From a virus: a stretch of 40,524 nucleotides of DNA. The notes under the pieces were generated by a model. It saw only the letters and a list, made by a program, of their open reading frames with translations. It made no database searches and had not been told where the DNA came from. The stretch lies in the IMG/VR virus record IMGVR_UViG_3300045988_037302; one strand, 5' to 3'. Below are positions 1 through 6,879 of this stretch, one piece after another. A program made the position numbers and the translations under genes. Each line of letters starts with the position of its first letter. The stretch's first letter is position 1.

Positions 1-77
1 GATGTGATTATCATGGAGAATGTGGAAGAAATACAGCAATGGGGTCCTCTTGATGAGAATGGACATCCTATACCGGA
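1..77. repeat. Terminal direct repeat, identical to 40448-40524 (circular-contig overlap)
   Basis: Read directly: both copies spell gatgtgattatcatggagaatgtggaagaaatacagcaatggggtcctcttgatgagaatggacatcctataccgga. The repeat lies inside one continuous reading frame. Confidence 0.95.
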
Positions 78-1035
78 GCGTAGGGGAGAGGACTATAAGA
101 AATTTATCACGGCCATGAAATCGCTGGGATATATATTTGATAGCAGGGAGCTGGTAGCTGCTGACTACGGAGCACCGACTACAAGAAAACGCTGGTATGC
201 GATCTTCAAGAGAGATGGGAAGGATATCAGATGGCCAGTTCCTAAATATGGAAAAACTGAATTAAGGAAATGGAGAGAGTGTGGAGATTATATTGACTGG
301 TCAGACCTGGGAAAGTCCATATTTGACAGACCTAAGCCTCTGGCAGATGCAACAATGAAAAGAATTGCAAATGGATATGTGAAATACGTTGTCAACAACC
401 CGAATCCGTACATAGTCAGAAACAAAGAGGCGGTTGCATTTTTGATTCAGTACCACGGAGAGCAGAAAGCAGGAGATTCCCGTGGACAGTTACTGGATGA
501 GCCAATCAAAACGATTGACACCAGCAACAGATATGGCCTCGTAACGGCATTTATTACCAAATTCTATAAAACCGGTATCGGCCAGGGATGCGATGAACCA
601 CTTCACACAATTACTACAAGTCCTGGACACTTTGGATTGATATCTGCCTATTTAATCAAATATTACGGAACTGGTTGCGGTCAGGAACTCCGTGAGCCGC
701 TTGCGACAATCACCACAAAAGACAGATTCGGTCTTGTGAATGTGGTAACGGATATACAAGGTGAAAAGTATATTCTGAAAGATATATTTCTTCGGATGCT
801 AAAACCGGAAGAACTGAAGTTGATGCAGGGCTTTCCGGCAGATTACATCATTGACCATGATTATACCGGTAAGCCTTATCCGATTGCAAAGCAGGTGGCA
901 AGAATCGGGAACAGCGTGGTGCCAATCATGGCTCAGAAGCTTGTAGCTGCAAACTGTCCGTATCTGAAAGTCGGGTCCCGGACACCGAACATGAGAATTG
1001 ACGAGGAACAGACCGGACAGCTCCGGTTTGCGTAG
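1..1035 (+). CDS. DNA (cytosine-5) methyltransferase, C-terminal part (continues from 40118-40524; bases 1-77 duplicate 40448-40524)
   Basis: Frame 1 continues the ORF that is open at the window end. Motifs seen: ENV (motif VI), RKRWY, QGFP, and GNSVVP (motif X) near the C-terminus. The joined product is about 454 aa. Confidence 0.9.
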   Translation, partial: DVIIMENVEEIQQWGPLDENGHPIPERRGEDYKKFITAMKSLGYIFDSRELVAADYGAPTTRKRWYAIFKRDGKDIRWPVPKYGKTELRKWRECGDYIDWSDLGKSIFDRPKPLADATMKRIANGYVKYVVNNPNPYIVRNKEAVAFLIQYHGEQKAGDSRGQLLDEPIKTIDTSNRYGLVTAFITKFYKTGIGQGCDEPLHTITTSPGHFGLISAYLIKYYGTGCGQELREPLATITTKDRFGLVNVVTDIQGEKYILKDIFLRMLKPEELKLMQGFPADYIIDHDYTGKPYPIAKQVARIGNSVVPIMAQKLVAANCPYLKVGSRTPNMRIDEEQTGQLRFA

Positions 1036-1045
1036 GAGGTAGAGC

Positions 1046-1459
1046 ATGGATAGATTAACAAAAAGGTCGCATAATGGAACGGCTATCTATAACACACCAA
1101 GCGGAGAACCCGTTAAATGGGAAAATAACAGACATAATGTGCTTCAAAAGTTGGCAGATTACGAAGATGCAGAGGAACATGGATTGCTTCTGAAACTGCC
1201 ATGCAAGGTGGGGAGCACACTTTGGAGTAATGATTTCGGAACGACTTGTCCTTATGAGGTTACTGGATTTTCTTATAAAAATCTGAACGATGATGAAGAT
1301 GATGACGATTGCGATTACGGAGATGAAATTGTTTTGCATTACCGAAGTTGCGGTGGTGCCATAACTGGGAAATTTGCGGAATCGGAAATTGGCAAAACCA
1401 TATTCCTCACTCGTGAAGAAGCAGAGAAGAAACTGGAAGAATTGAGAGGTACAGAATGA
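1046..1459 (+). CDS. Hypothetical phage protein, paralog of 34103-34474
   Basis: RBS ggaggtagagc precedes the ATG. It shares the motif L(A/G)(D/E)YEDAE..GLLL.LPCK with the 34103 product. It contains an acidic D/E run. Confidence 0.6.
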   Translation: MDRLTKRSHNGTAIYNTPSGEPVKWENNRHNVLQKLADYEDAEEHGLLLKLPCKVGSTLWSNDFGTTCPYEVTGFSYKNLNDDEDDDDCDYGDEIVLHYRSCGGAITGKFAESEIGKTIFLTREEAEKKLEELRGTE

Positions 1460-1620
1460 AACCACTTGAAGTATGGAGAATAATCAGTAGCAATATGAAC
1501 GAATTGGCAAATATGCGAAATGCACTATATCCGCAGGGCAAGGGATATTCCCAAGAAGAAGTGCAAGCCGAGGTTATGTGTTATGAAGCATTGAGGAGAA
1601 TGGAGGAAGAAAATGAGTGA
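1456..1620 (+). CDS. Small hypothetical protein (54 aa)
   Basis: ATGA overlap with the upstream stop, and its own stop overlaps the next start, so it appears translationally coupled. It is below the ORF-track length cutoff and I translated it by hand (MKPLEVWRIISSNMNELANMRNALYPQGKGYSQEEVQAEVMCYEALRRMEEENE). Confidence 0.45.
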   Translation: MKPLEVWRIISSNMNELANMRNALYPQGKGYSQEEVQAEVMCYEALRRMEEENE

Positions 1621-1930
1621 TGTAAAACTTTTGCCGTGTCCGTTCTGCGGTGGAGAAATAAAACTGGATGAAGATGATTTTTATATGTTCTGCTGTGATA
1701 CCTGCGGTGCAGGAATAACATTCGCACATGAATTAGAGGATGGAACCGCAGAAGATTGCACAAAAGAGGAAAGCATTGAAAGTTGGAACACCCGCAAGCC
1801 TATGGAACGGATTGTGGAGCAGTTGGAAGATATATCAAAAGTGTACTGCGAAGAATACCATCAGCAAGAAGGTATATTATGGTTGCAGGATGCAGTAGAG
1901 ATTGTAAAGCGAGGTGGAGCAGATGAATGA
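1613..1930 (+). CDS. Lar-like zinc-ribbon (restriction-alleviation family) protein fused to a C-terminal domain homologous to 35008-35244
   Basis: N-terminus has LPCPFCGG...CDTCG...ESWNTR, the Lar-family pattern. The C-terminus RIVEQLE...VEIVKRGGADE matches KVVEQLE...IEVVKAGGVDV of the separate gene at 35008. Confidence 0.6.
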   Translation: MSDVKLLPCPFCGGEIKLDEDDFYMFCCDTCGAGITFAHELEDGTAEDCTKEESIESWNTRKPMERIVEQLEDISKVYCEEYHQQEGILWLQDAVEIVKRGGADE

Positions 1931-2333
1931 GAATGAAGCAATGAAAGATTTAATAAAACACAGGCAAGGGTCAGCTAGAGAGGTTGAAAGACTGAAAAGT
2001 GATGGACGGGACTTCTCACATTTTCAAACATGTGTTGATTCTATTGACATAGCAATCAAAGCACTCGAAGAAATCCAACAGTACAGAGAACTCGGAACTG
2101 TTGAAGAACTGCGAGAATCAATGGAAATGAAGCAGAAGTACGAAAAACAATGGATTGATGATATAAACAATCCTCTTGAGCCGCTGAAACTGTCAAGTGC
2201 TTTGCGGAGCGAGATTTTTAAGCTGGAATACAGGAAAGCCAATAAGCCGAAAGAAATCAATATTCTTGATTATACGGTTATATATGCTTTAAAAGATTGC
2301 TTGGAGAGATATTCGGGAATCAGGGAGGAGTAG
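1923..2333 (+). CDS. Hypothetical protein
   Basis: ORF with gaggtgga about 7 nt upstream of the ATG at 1923 (the track starts at GTG 1914). No recognisable motif. Confidence 0.5.
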   Translation: MNENEAMKDLIKHRQGSAREVERLKSDGRDFSHFQTCVDSIDIAIKALEEIQQYRELGTVEELRESMEMKQKYEKQWIDDINNPLEPLKLSSALRSEIFKLEYRKANKPKEINILDYTVIYALKDCLERYSGIREE

Positions 2334-2508
2334 CCATGCAGGAAGTATTTTTGATGTAGAATTATCGGAAACAATTTAATTTTTTAGGTTTATGATGCTT
2401 TCTGCAAAAGACACAATGGGAATAAACATATTTTTAGGGATTCTATCAGAGACGCTAAAGGCAATTATCGAAATGATATTGTGTATGAAATTGTAAATCC
2501 ACAAGATT

Positions 2509-2567
2509 AAAAAAATAAGAGCCGGACACTGCAATGCCCGGCTCCAGAGTGCTAAGACTCTCAACCT
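2509..2567 (-). ncRNA. Candidate ~55-60 nt small RNA (promoter + two stem-loops + intrinsic terminator)
   Basis: Downstream of the 2574-2602 promoter on the minus strand there is SL1 agagt-cttagc-actct (2546-2561). This is followed by a GC-rich 7-bp hairpin gagccgg/ccggctc (2519-2544) and then ttattttttt. There is no ORF with an RBS. Confidence 0.4.
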
Positions 2568-2573
2568 ATTGTC

Positions 2574-2602
2574 ATTATAGCACTCGCACGTACTGTAGTA
2601 AA
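2574..2602 (-). promoter_or_regulatory. Minus-strand sigma-A-type promoter with extended -10 (TTTACT-N17-TGcTATAAT)
   Basis: Reverse complement of 2574-2602 reads tttact acagtacgtgcgagTGc TATAAT. The -10 is perfect with a TG extension, and the -35 matches 4/6. Confidence 0.5.
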
Positions 2603-2625
2603 GACTAGAATTGGAGGGTAGTTAT

Positions 2626-3624
2626 ATGACAAAGGGAGAATTTGTGAATGATCTTATATATGACATGACTGGTTATCTGGATGCCGAGGGGACAGAGAGA
2701 TTAAAGATGGCGATTGCGTACCGCATGAAAGGGTTCCGCTTGATTCCGGATGAAACCTTACCCGCTACGGATGTAAGGGACAATGAGTGGATCCTTGGCA
2801 GATACCATGTGGATCTTATCGCTGTGGGACGGAAAGAAAAAACAATCGAAATGTATCTGTATATGCTTAAAAAGTTTTTTGATGAAACCGGACTTCATTA
2901 CGCAACAATGACCGGACAGGATGTGATGGACTACATAGCAATCCGGCAATACAGAGATAAGATCTCCAAGTCCTACGCCGGAAGCATACAAAAATGTCTG
3001 TCGGCGTTCGTGAAGTGGGCTTATCGCAAGCATCATATCGAACATGACATTTACTGGGATATAGATAAGATCAAAATCCCACAGAAGCGTAAAAAGAGGT
3101 TGTCTGACTATGAGGTGTCGAAGTGTAAGAATACCTTAAAGACTCTAAGAGAAAAGGCACTTCTGGAACTGATGCTTAGTGCCGGTCCTCGTGTGGGAGA
3201 GATCTGTAACTTAAAAATCGAAAATCTGGACTTTGAACGTGGGGAAATCCAGATTTACGGAGAAAAGAGCAGTAAATGGCGTACTTGCTTTATGACACCG
3301 GATTGCCGTGTAGCCTTGGAACAGTATGTGAGCGGCAGGACAGAAGGGTATATCTTTTTAAATAGCCGGAATGTGGAAACCGGGAAACCACTGTGTAAGG
3401 CAACAATCGAAGAAATCGCGAAAGAGATCGCAGAGCGTGCCGGATGCCGGAATGTTGCCACAGTGCATGTCTATCGTAAGACGTTTGCATCTAGGGAATA
3501 TCTCCGAACAAAGGATATTTTATATGTATCGCACAGACTGGGGCATGCAAACACAGCAGTCACGGAAAAATATTACATCTGTGACGACATTTTAGCAGAT
3601 CGTAAGATGGCAAACGTTGCTTAG
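2626..3624 (+). CDS. Tyrosine recombinase (XerC/XerD-like), second recombinase of the phage
   Basis: GGAGGG RBS lies 7 nt before ATG 2626. Catalytic-domain pattern seen: GPRVGE (Arg), HVYRKTFAS (His-x-x-Arg), LGHANTAVTEKYY (His...Tyr). It is not adjacent to attP. Confidence 0.85.
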   Translation: MTKGEFVNDLIYDMTGYLDAEGTERLKMAIAYRMKGFRLIPDETLPATDVRDNEWILGRYHVDLIAVGRKEKTIEMYLYMLKKFFDETGLHYATMTGQDVMDYIAIRQYRDKISKSYAGSIQKCLSAFVKWAYRKHHIEHDIYWDIDKIKIPQKRKKRLSDYEVSKCKNTLKTLREKALLELMLSAGPRVGEICNLKIENLDFERGEIQIYGEKSSKWRTCFMTPDCRVALEQYVSGRTEGYIFLNSRNVETGKPLCKATIEEIAKEIAERAGCRNVATVHVYRKTFASREYLRTKDILYVSHRLGHANTAVTEKYYICDDILADRKMANVA

Positions 3625-3646
3625 TTATGTAAAGGGGGAATGTTTA

Positions 3647-3883
3647 GTGGACGAAAAAGAAATATACGAGATCTGCCAGAGTGTAGATGCATTTATTGCG
3701 GACTACCTGGCAGAATCCATTATTAAGGGGACAAGTTATGATCTTATGGAAGCACACCACGGCATTCTTCCAATATCTCGAAATTGTTTCTACCGCCGCC
3801 GCAGGATCGTACAGCGGATCATTAAGCAGAGGTTAGGGCGGATCGAAGAGGAACAGAGCGGCCAGATGCGGATGGTGTGGTAA
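3647..3883 (+). CDS. Small HTH regulator resembling sigma-70 region 4 / ArpU-RinA-type late activators
   Basis: AAGGGGG RBS precedes GTG 3647. It contains GILPISRNCFYRRRRIVQRIIKQRLG, an HTH followed by a basic helix. Its position directly upstream of the packaging genes is typical of late activators. Confidence 0.45.
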   Translation: MDEKEIYEICQSVDAFIADYLAESIIKGTSYDLMEAHHGILPISRNCFYRRRRIVQRIIKQRLGRIEEEQSGQMRMVW

Positions 3884-3893
3884 AAATTTCCAT

Positions 3894-3922
3894 TTGACAT
3901 AATCGAACACATGTTTTATCAT
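3894..3922 (+). promoter_or_regulatory. Sigma-A-type promoter TTGACA-N17-TATCAT with a Cheo(LexA)-box-like site in the spacer
   Basis: ttgaca at 3894-3899, a 17-nt spacer, tatcat at 3917-3922. CGAACACATGTTTT (3904-3917) compares with the Firmicutes SOS box CGAAC-N4-GTTCG: the left half is perfect and the right half matches 3/5. Confidence 0.55.
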
Positions 3923-3944
3923 TAGGCATATAAGGAGGTAGCAA

Positions 3945-4199
3945 ATGGGAGAAAAGCCAAACAACGAGCTTACGGATAAAGAAAGAGAAATGTATGAGTA
4001 TATTGTGAAGCACATGGAAGAAAATTTAATTTCTCCATCTTTTCAAGAAATCTGTAAAGGAGTAAACACAAAATCAAAGTCATGTGTGCATTATAGGCTT
4101 AAAAAGTTAATGGAAAAAGGCTATATAACTCTGCGAGAAGGGGAACCAAGAACAATTCGCCCAATTGGGTATAAATTAGTAAAAGAAAGCGAGGAGTAA
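3945..4199 (+). CDS. LexA N-terminal-domain-like winged-helix DNA-binding protein (no peptidase domain)
   Basis: AAGGAGG RBS. LTDKEREMYEYIVKHMEENLISPSFQEICKGVNTKSKSCVHYRLKKLMEKGYITL follows the LexA_DNA_bind pattern (LT..q..vl.fI....g.pPs.rEI......S.s.v..hL..Le.kGyI). Only 84 aa. Confidence 0.55.
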   Translation: MGEKPNNELTDKEREMYEYIVKHMEENLISPSFQEICKGVNTKSKSCVHYRLKKLMEKGYITLREGEPRTIRPIGYKLVKESEE

Positions 4200-4202
4200 A
4201 GA

Positions 4203-4553
4203 ATGTATACAAAGTTGTTGTCAGTAATTGCCATTATAGAAATAATGTGGGGAACAATATTTTCGGTATTATGTGTACTAAAAATGACATTAAAAGATAT
4301 TGCAAGATCTAGTTCGTTGGGAGGAATTGGAGATGGGTGGAAAACCAATCTTACACAAAGACACTATGCGCGATGCGGAATTTTGTACATAGTTTTTGGA
4401 AGCCTGCTGCAAATATATATGGTGTTTGCTGGAGACATAACAAGGGGTTCATTTTGGATAGCCACTGCAATTGTGGTTATTATACCTTCTGCATTCGCGG
4501 TATGGAGCACAAGAAGATATTTGAATCAACTGAAAAATGATATTAAACATTAA
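4203..4553 (+). CDS. Integral membrane protein (about 3 TM segments), function unknown
   Basis: Hydrophobic stretches LLSVIAIIEIMWGTIFSVLCVL, GILYIVFGSLLQIYMVFAG and FWIATAIVVIIPSAFAVW. Tightly linked to the 3945 gene. Confidence 0.55.
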   Translation: MYTKLLSVIAIIEIMWGTIFSVLCVLKMTLKDIARSSSLGGIGDGWKTNLTQRHYARCGILYIVFGSLLQIYMVFAGDITRGSFWIATAIVVIIPSAFAVWSTRRYLNQLKNDIKH

Positions 4554-4565
4554 GATACTTTGAGA

Positions 4566-4592
4566 AGAGAGGAAAAACAACCTCTCTTTTTT
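4566..4592 (+). terminator. Intrinsic terminator
   Basis: agagagg-aaaaacaa-cctctct followed by tttttt. Confidence 0.75.
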
Positions 4593-4600
4593 CATGCCCT

Positions 4601-4637
4601 AAATTGGTACAAATCCTCTGAAAACCTGCTTTATAAT
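4601..4637 (+). promoter_or_regulatory. Late-promoter-like element, copy 1 (AAATTGGTACAAAT-N17-TATAAT)
   Basis: The same 13-14 nt box with identical 17-nt spacing to a -10 hexamer recurs at 10113 and 23406. This copy lies 50 nt upstream of terminase small subunit. Confidence 0.6.
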
Positions 4638-4686
4638 TATGGTATGAGGTTAGAAATGTACCATTTGGCAGAGAAGAGGTGAGATA

Positions 4687-5532
4687 GTGGAGAATTATGA
4701 GAGAGCAGAACAGGACTACATGGGAGGTATGAAGTACAAAGATATAGCAGAGAAGTACGGAACCACTATCAACACTGTTAAGAGTTGGAAGAAACGGTAT
4801 GGGTGGAATCGGGAAGAGGGTGCACCCAAAAGTAAAAAGGTGTGCACACAAAAAGGCAAGGGTGCACCCAAGGCGGTAGCGCCTATAGATGATGGTACAA
4901 AAGAAACATTACAGAATAATGAACTCACACCGGAACAGCAGATGTTTTGCATATATTACAGCCGGACATTTAATGCAACCCAAAGCTATTTGAATGCCTA
5001 TGGGTGCAGCTATGAAGTGGCGAATGCGAAAGGACCTCTATTGGTAGTGAAAGATAGTATTCACCGAGAAATAGAACGTCTGAAAGAAATCAAGCGCCAG
5101 CAGATAGTTGCTGGAACTGACGATATTGTGGAACTACAGATGCGTATTGCTTTTGCAGATATTGGAAACTATATGTCATTCGGGCAGAAAGAGATTGAGG
5201 ATCCAGAGACAGGTGTTGAATATATGATTAGCACTGTTGATCTGAAAGAATCAACGAACACAGATACACAGATTATCCAAGAGGTTAAGCGTGGAAAAGA
5301 TGGTGTATCTATCAAGCTGGCAGACAGACAAAAGGCAATTGATTGGCTTACGATGTTCTTCGAGATGAATCCAACGGATAAGCACCGGAAAGAATTTGAT
5401 AAGCACAAGCTTGATCTGGAACTGCTTAAGCTGGAGATGCAAGCTAAAGAGAGTGCAGACGATACACCAGAGCAGGACAACTTCTTGGATGCGCTGAATG
5501 AATCAGCAAAGGAAGCGTGGTCAGATGATTGA
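4687..5532 (+). CDS. terS: Terminase small subunit
   Basis: GAGGTG RBS precedes GTG 4687. N-terminal HTH (YKDIAEKYGTTINTVKSWKKRYGW). LTPEQQMFCIYYSRTFNATQSYLNAYG matches the Terminase_2 pattern. Sits immediately upstream of TerL. Confidence 0.8.
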   Translation: MENYERAEQDYMGGMKYKDIAEKYGTTINTVKSWKKRYGWNREEGAPKSKKVCTQKGKGAPKAVAPIDDGTKETLQNNELTPEQQMFCIYYSRTFNATQSYLNAYGCSYEVANAKGPLLVVKDSIHREIERLKEIKRQQIVAGTDDIVELQMRIAFADIGNYMSFGQKEIEDPETGVEYMISTVDLKESTNTDTQIIQEVKRGKDGVSIKLADRQKAIDWLTMFFEMNPTDKHRKEFDKHKLDLELLKLEMQAKESADDTPEQDNFLDALNESAKEAWSDD

Positions 5533-6868
5533 TTGGACAGATTTTGACCGGCGGGTGCGTAAACTAAAAGAAAATGTGATGAAAAATGCCATCCGGATGA
5601 AGCAGAAGTATAAGCAGAACGGATTTGCGTTTAAGCCATTTTCGAGGAAGCAGAAGCAGGTACTTACATGGTGGTGCAAGGATTCCCCGGTAAATGGAGA
5701 GGACGGAATCATAGCAGATGGAGCAATCAGATCCGGAAAGACATTGTGTATGTCACTAAGCTATGTTTTGTGGGCAATGACTACGTTTAATATGCAGAAT
5801 CTCGGCATGGCAGGAAAGACAATCGGATCATTCCGACGAAATGTGCTGTTCTGGTTGAAGCTGATGCTCCGGAGTCGTGGTTATAAGGTAGCAGATCATA
5901 GATCTGACAATATGGTGGAGATCAGCAAAGGCGATACGGTCAACTTCTTTTATATCTTCGGCGGTAAGGATGAGCGGTCACAGGATCTGATTCAGGGTAT
6001 CACGCTTGCTGGTATGTTTTTCGATGAAGTGGCGTTGATGCCGGAATCATTTGTAAACCAGGCAACTGGACGATGCTCTGTGGATGGTTCCAAGTTCTGG
6101 TTTAACTGCAACCCGGATAGCCCTAGCCATTGGTTCAAAATTAATTGGATAGATAAGGCCGATGAAAAGAAACTGATTTATCTTCATTTTACAATGGATG
6201 ATAATTTATCCCTGTCGGAGAGGATCAAGGAAAGATATAGGGCAATGTATAGCGGCGTGTTCTATGATCGCTTCATCCTTGGCTTATGGGTGATTGCAGA
6301 AGGATTGGTCTATGGTATGTTCGACAAGGAAAGGAACATCTTTCATGGAGAGTATGCGTATAGCTCACAGTCGTCTTATTACCTATCCATCGATTACGGA
6401 ACTATGAACCCATTCGCGGTAGGCCTGATGGAACTGCAGAATAGCGGAAAGGTGCGGATGCTCCGGGAAGGTCATTACTCAGGTAGAGAAACCGGAGTGA
6501 CCATAGATAATGAAGCATATTACAAGATGATCCAGGAGGTGGCGGGGGATTTCCCAATCACATCCATTGTCATTGATCCGTCAGCCGCAGCCATGAAAGC
6601 AACAATCCGGAAGTATGGAGAGTTTACCTGCACAGATGGAAATAATGATGTGTTGAATGGAATCCAAGAGGTAACGAAGTATTTGAATCTCGGTATGCTC
6701 CAGATACATGAGAGCTGCACCGAGACACAGAAAGAGTTTGGCGCATATGCATGGGATGAAAAGGCAGTAGGAGAGGATCGAGTGATTAAGGAATACGATC
6801 ACCACATGGATCTTATCAGATATTTTATTTATACAGTAGCGCGCAGATATAACAGAGGACTTATATAA
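5525..6868 (+). CDS. terL: Terminase large subunit
   Basis: Walker A GAIRSGKT and Walker B-like GMFFDEV, with a C-terminal nuclease-type region. I prefer ATG 5525 (AAGGAAG RBS) over the track start at 5498. Confidence 0.9.
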   Translation: MIDWTDFDRRVRKLKENVMKNAIRMKQKYKQNGFAFKPFSRKQKQVLTWWCKDSPVNGEDGIIADGAIRSGKTLCMSLSYVLWAMTTFNMQNLGMAGKTIGSFRRNVLFWLKLMLRSRGYKVADHRSDNMVEISKGDTVNFFYIFGGKDERSQDLIQGITLAGMFFDEVALMPESFVNQATGRCSVDGSKFWFNCNPDSPSHWFKINWIDKADEKKLIYLHFTMDDNLSLSERIKERYRAMYSGVFYDRFILGLWVIAEGLVYGMFDKERNIFHGEYAYSSQSSYYLSIDYGTMNPFAVGLMELQNSGKVRMLREGHYSGRETGVTIDNEAYYKMIQEVAGDFPITSIVIDPSAAAMKATIRKYGEFTCTDGNNDVLNGIQEVTKYLNLGMLQIHESCTETQKEFGAYAWDEKAVGEDRVIKEYDHHMDLIRYFIYTVARRYNRGLI

Positions 6869-6879
6869 GGCGGTGAAAT

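Noticed and set aside
1-77. The 77-bp terminal repeat as a biological DTR, cos end or LTR.
   Set aside because: It interrupts a methyltransferase ORF in phase, and it has the exact-overlap form typical of circular assembly output. True termini would need read-end evidence.
2376-2564. The 62-aa minus-strand ORF in the gap upstream of the recombinase.
   Set aside because: Its coding sequence would run through the terminator hairpin and the A/T tract, and it has no RBS. The region is better explained by the promoter + hairpins + terminator (candidate sRNA).
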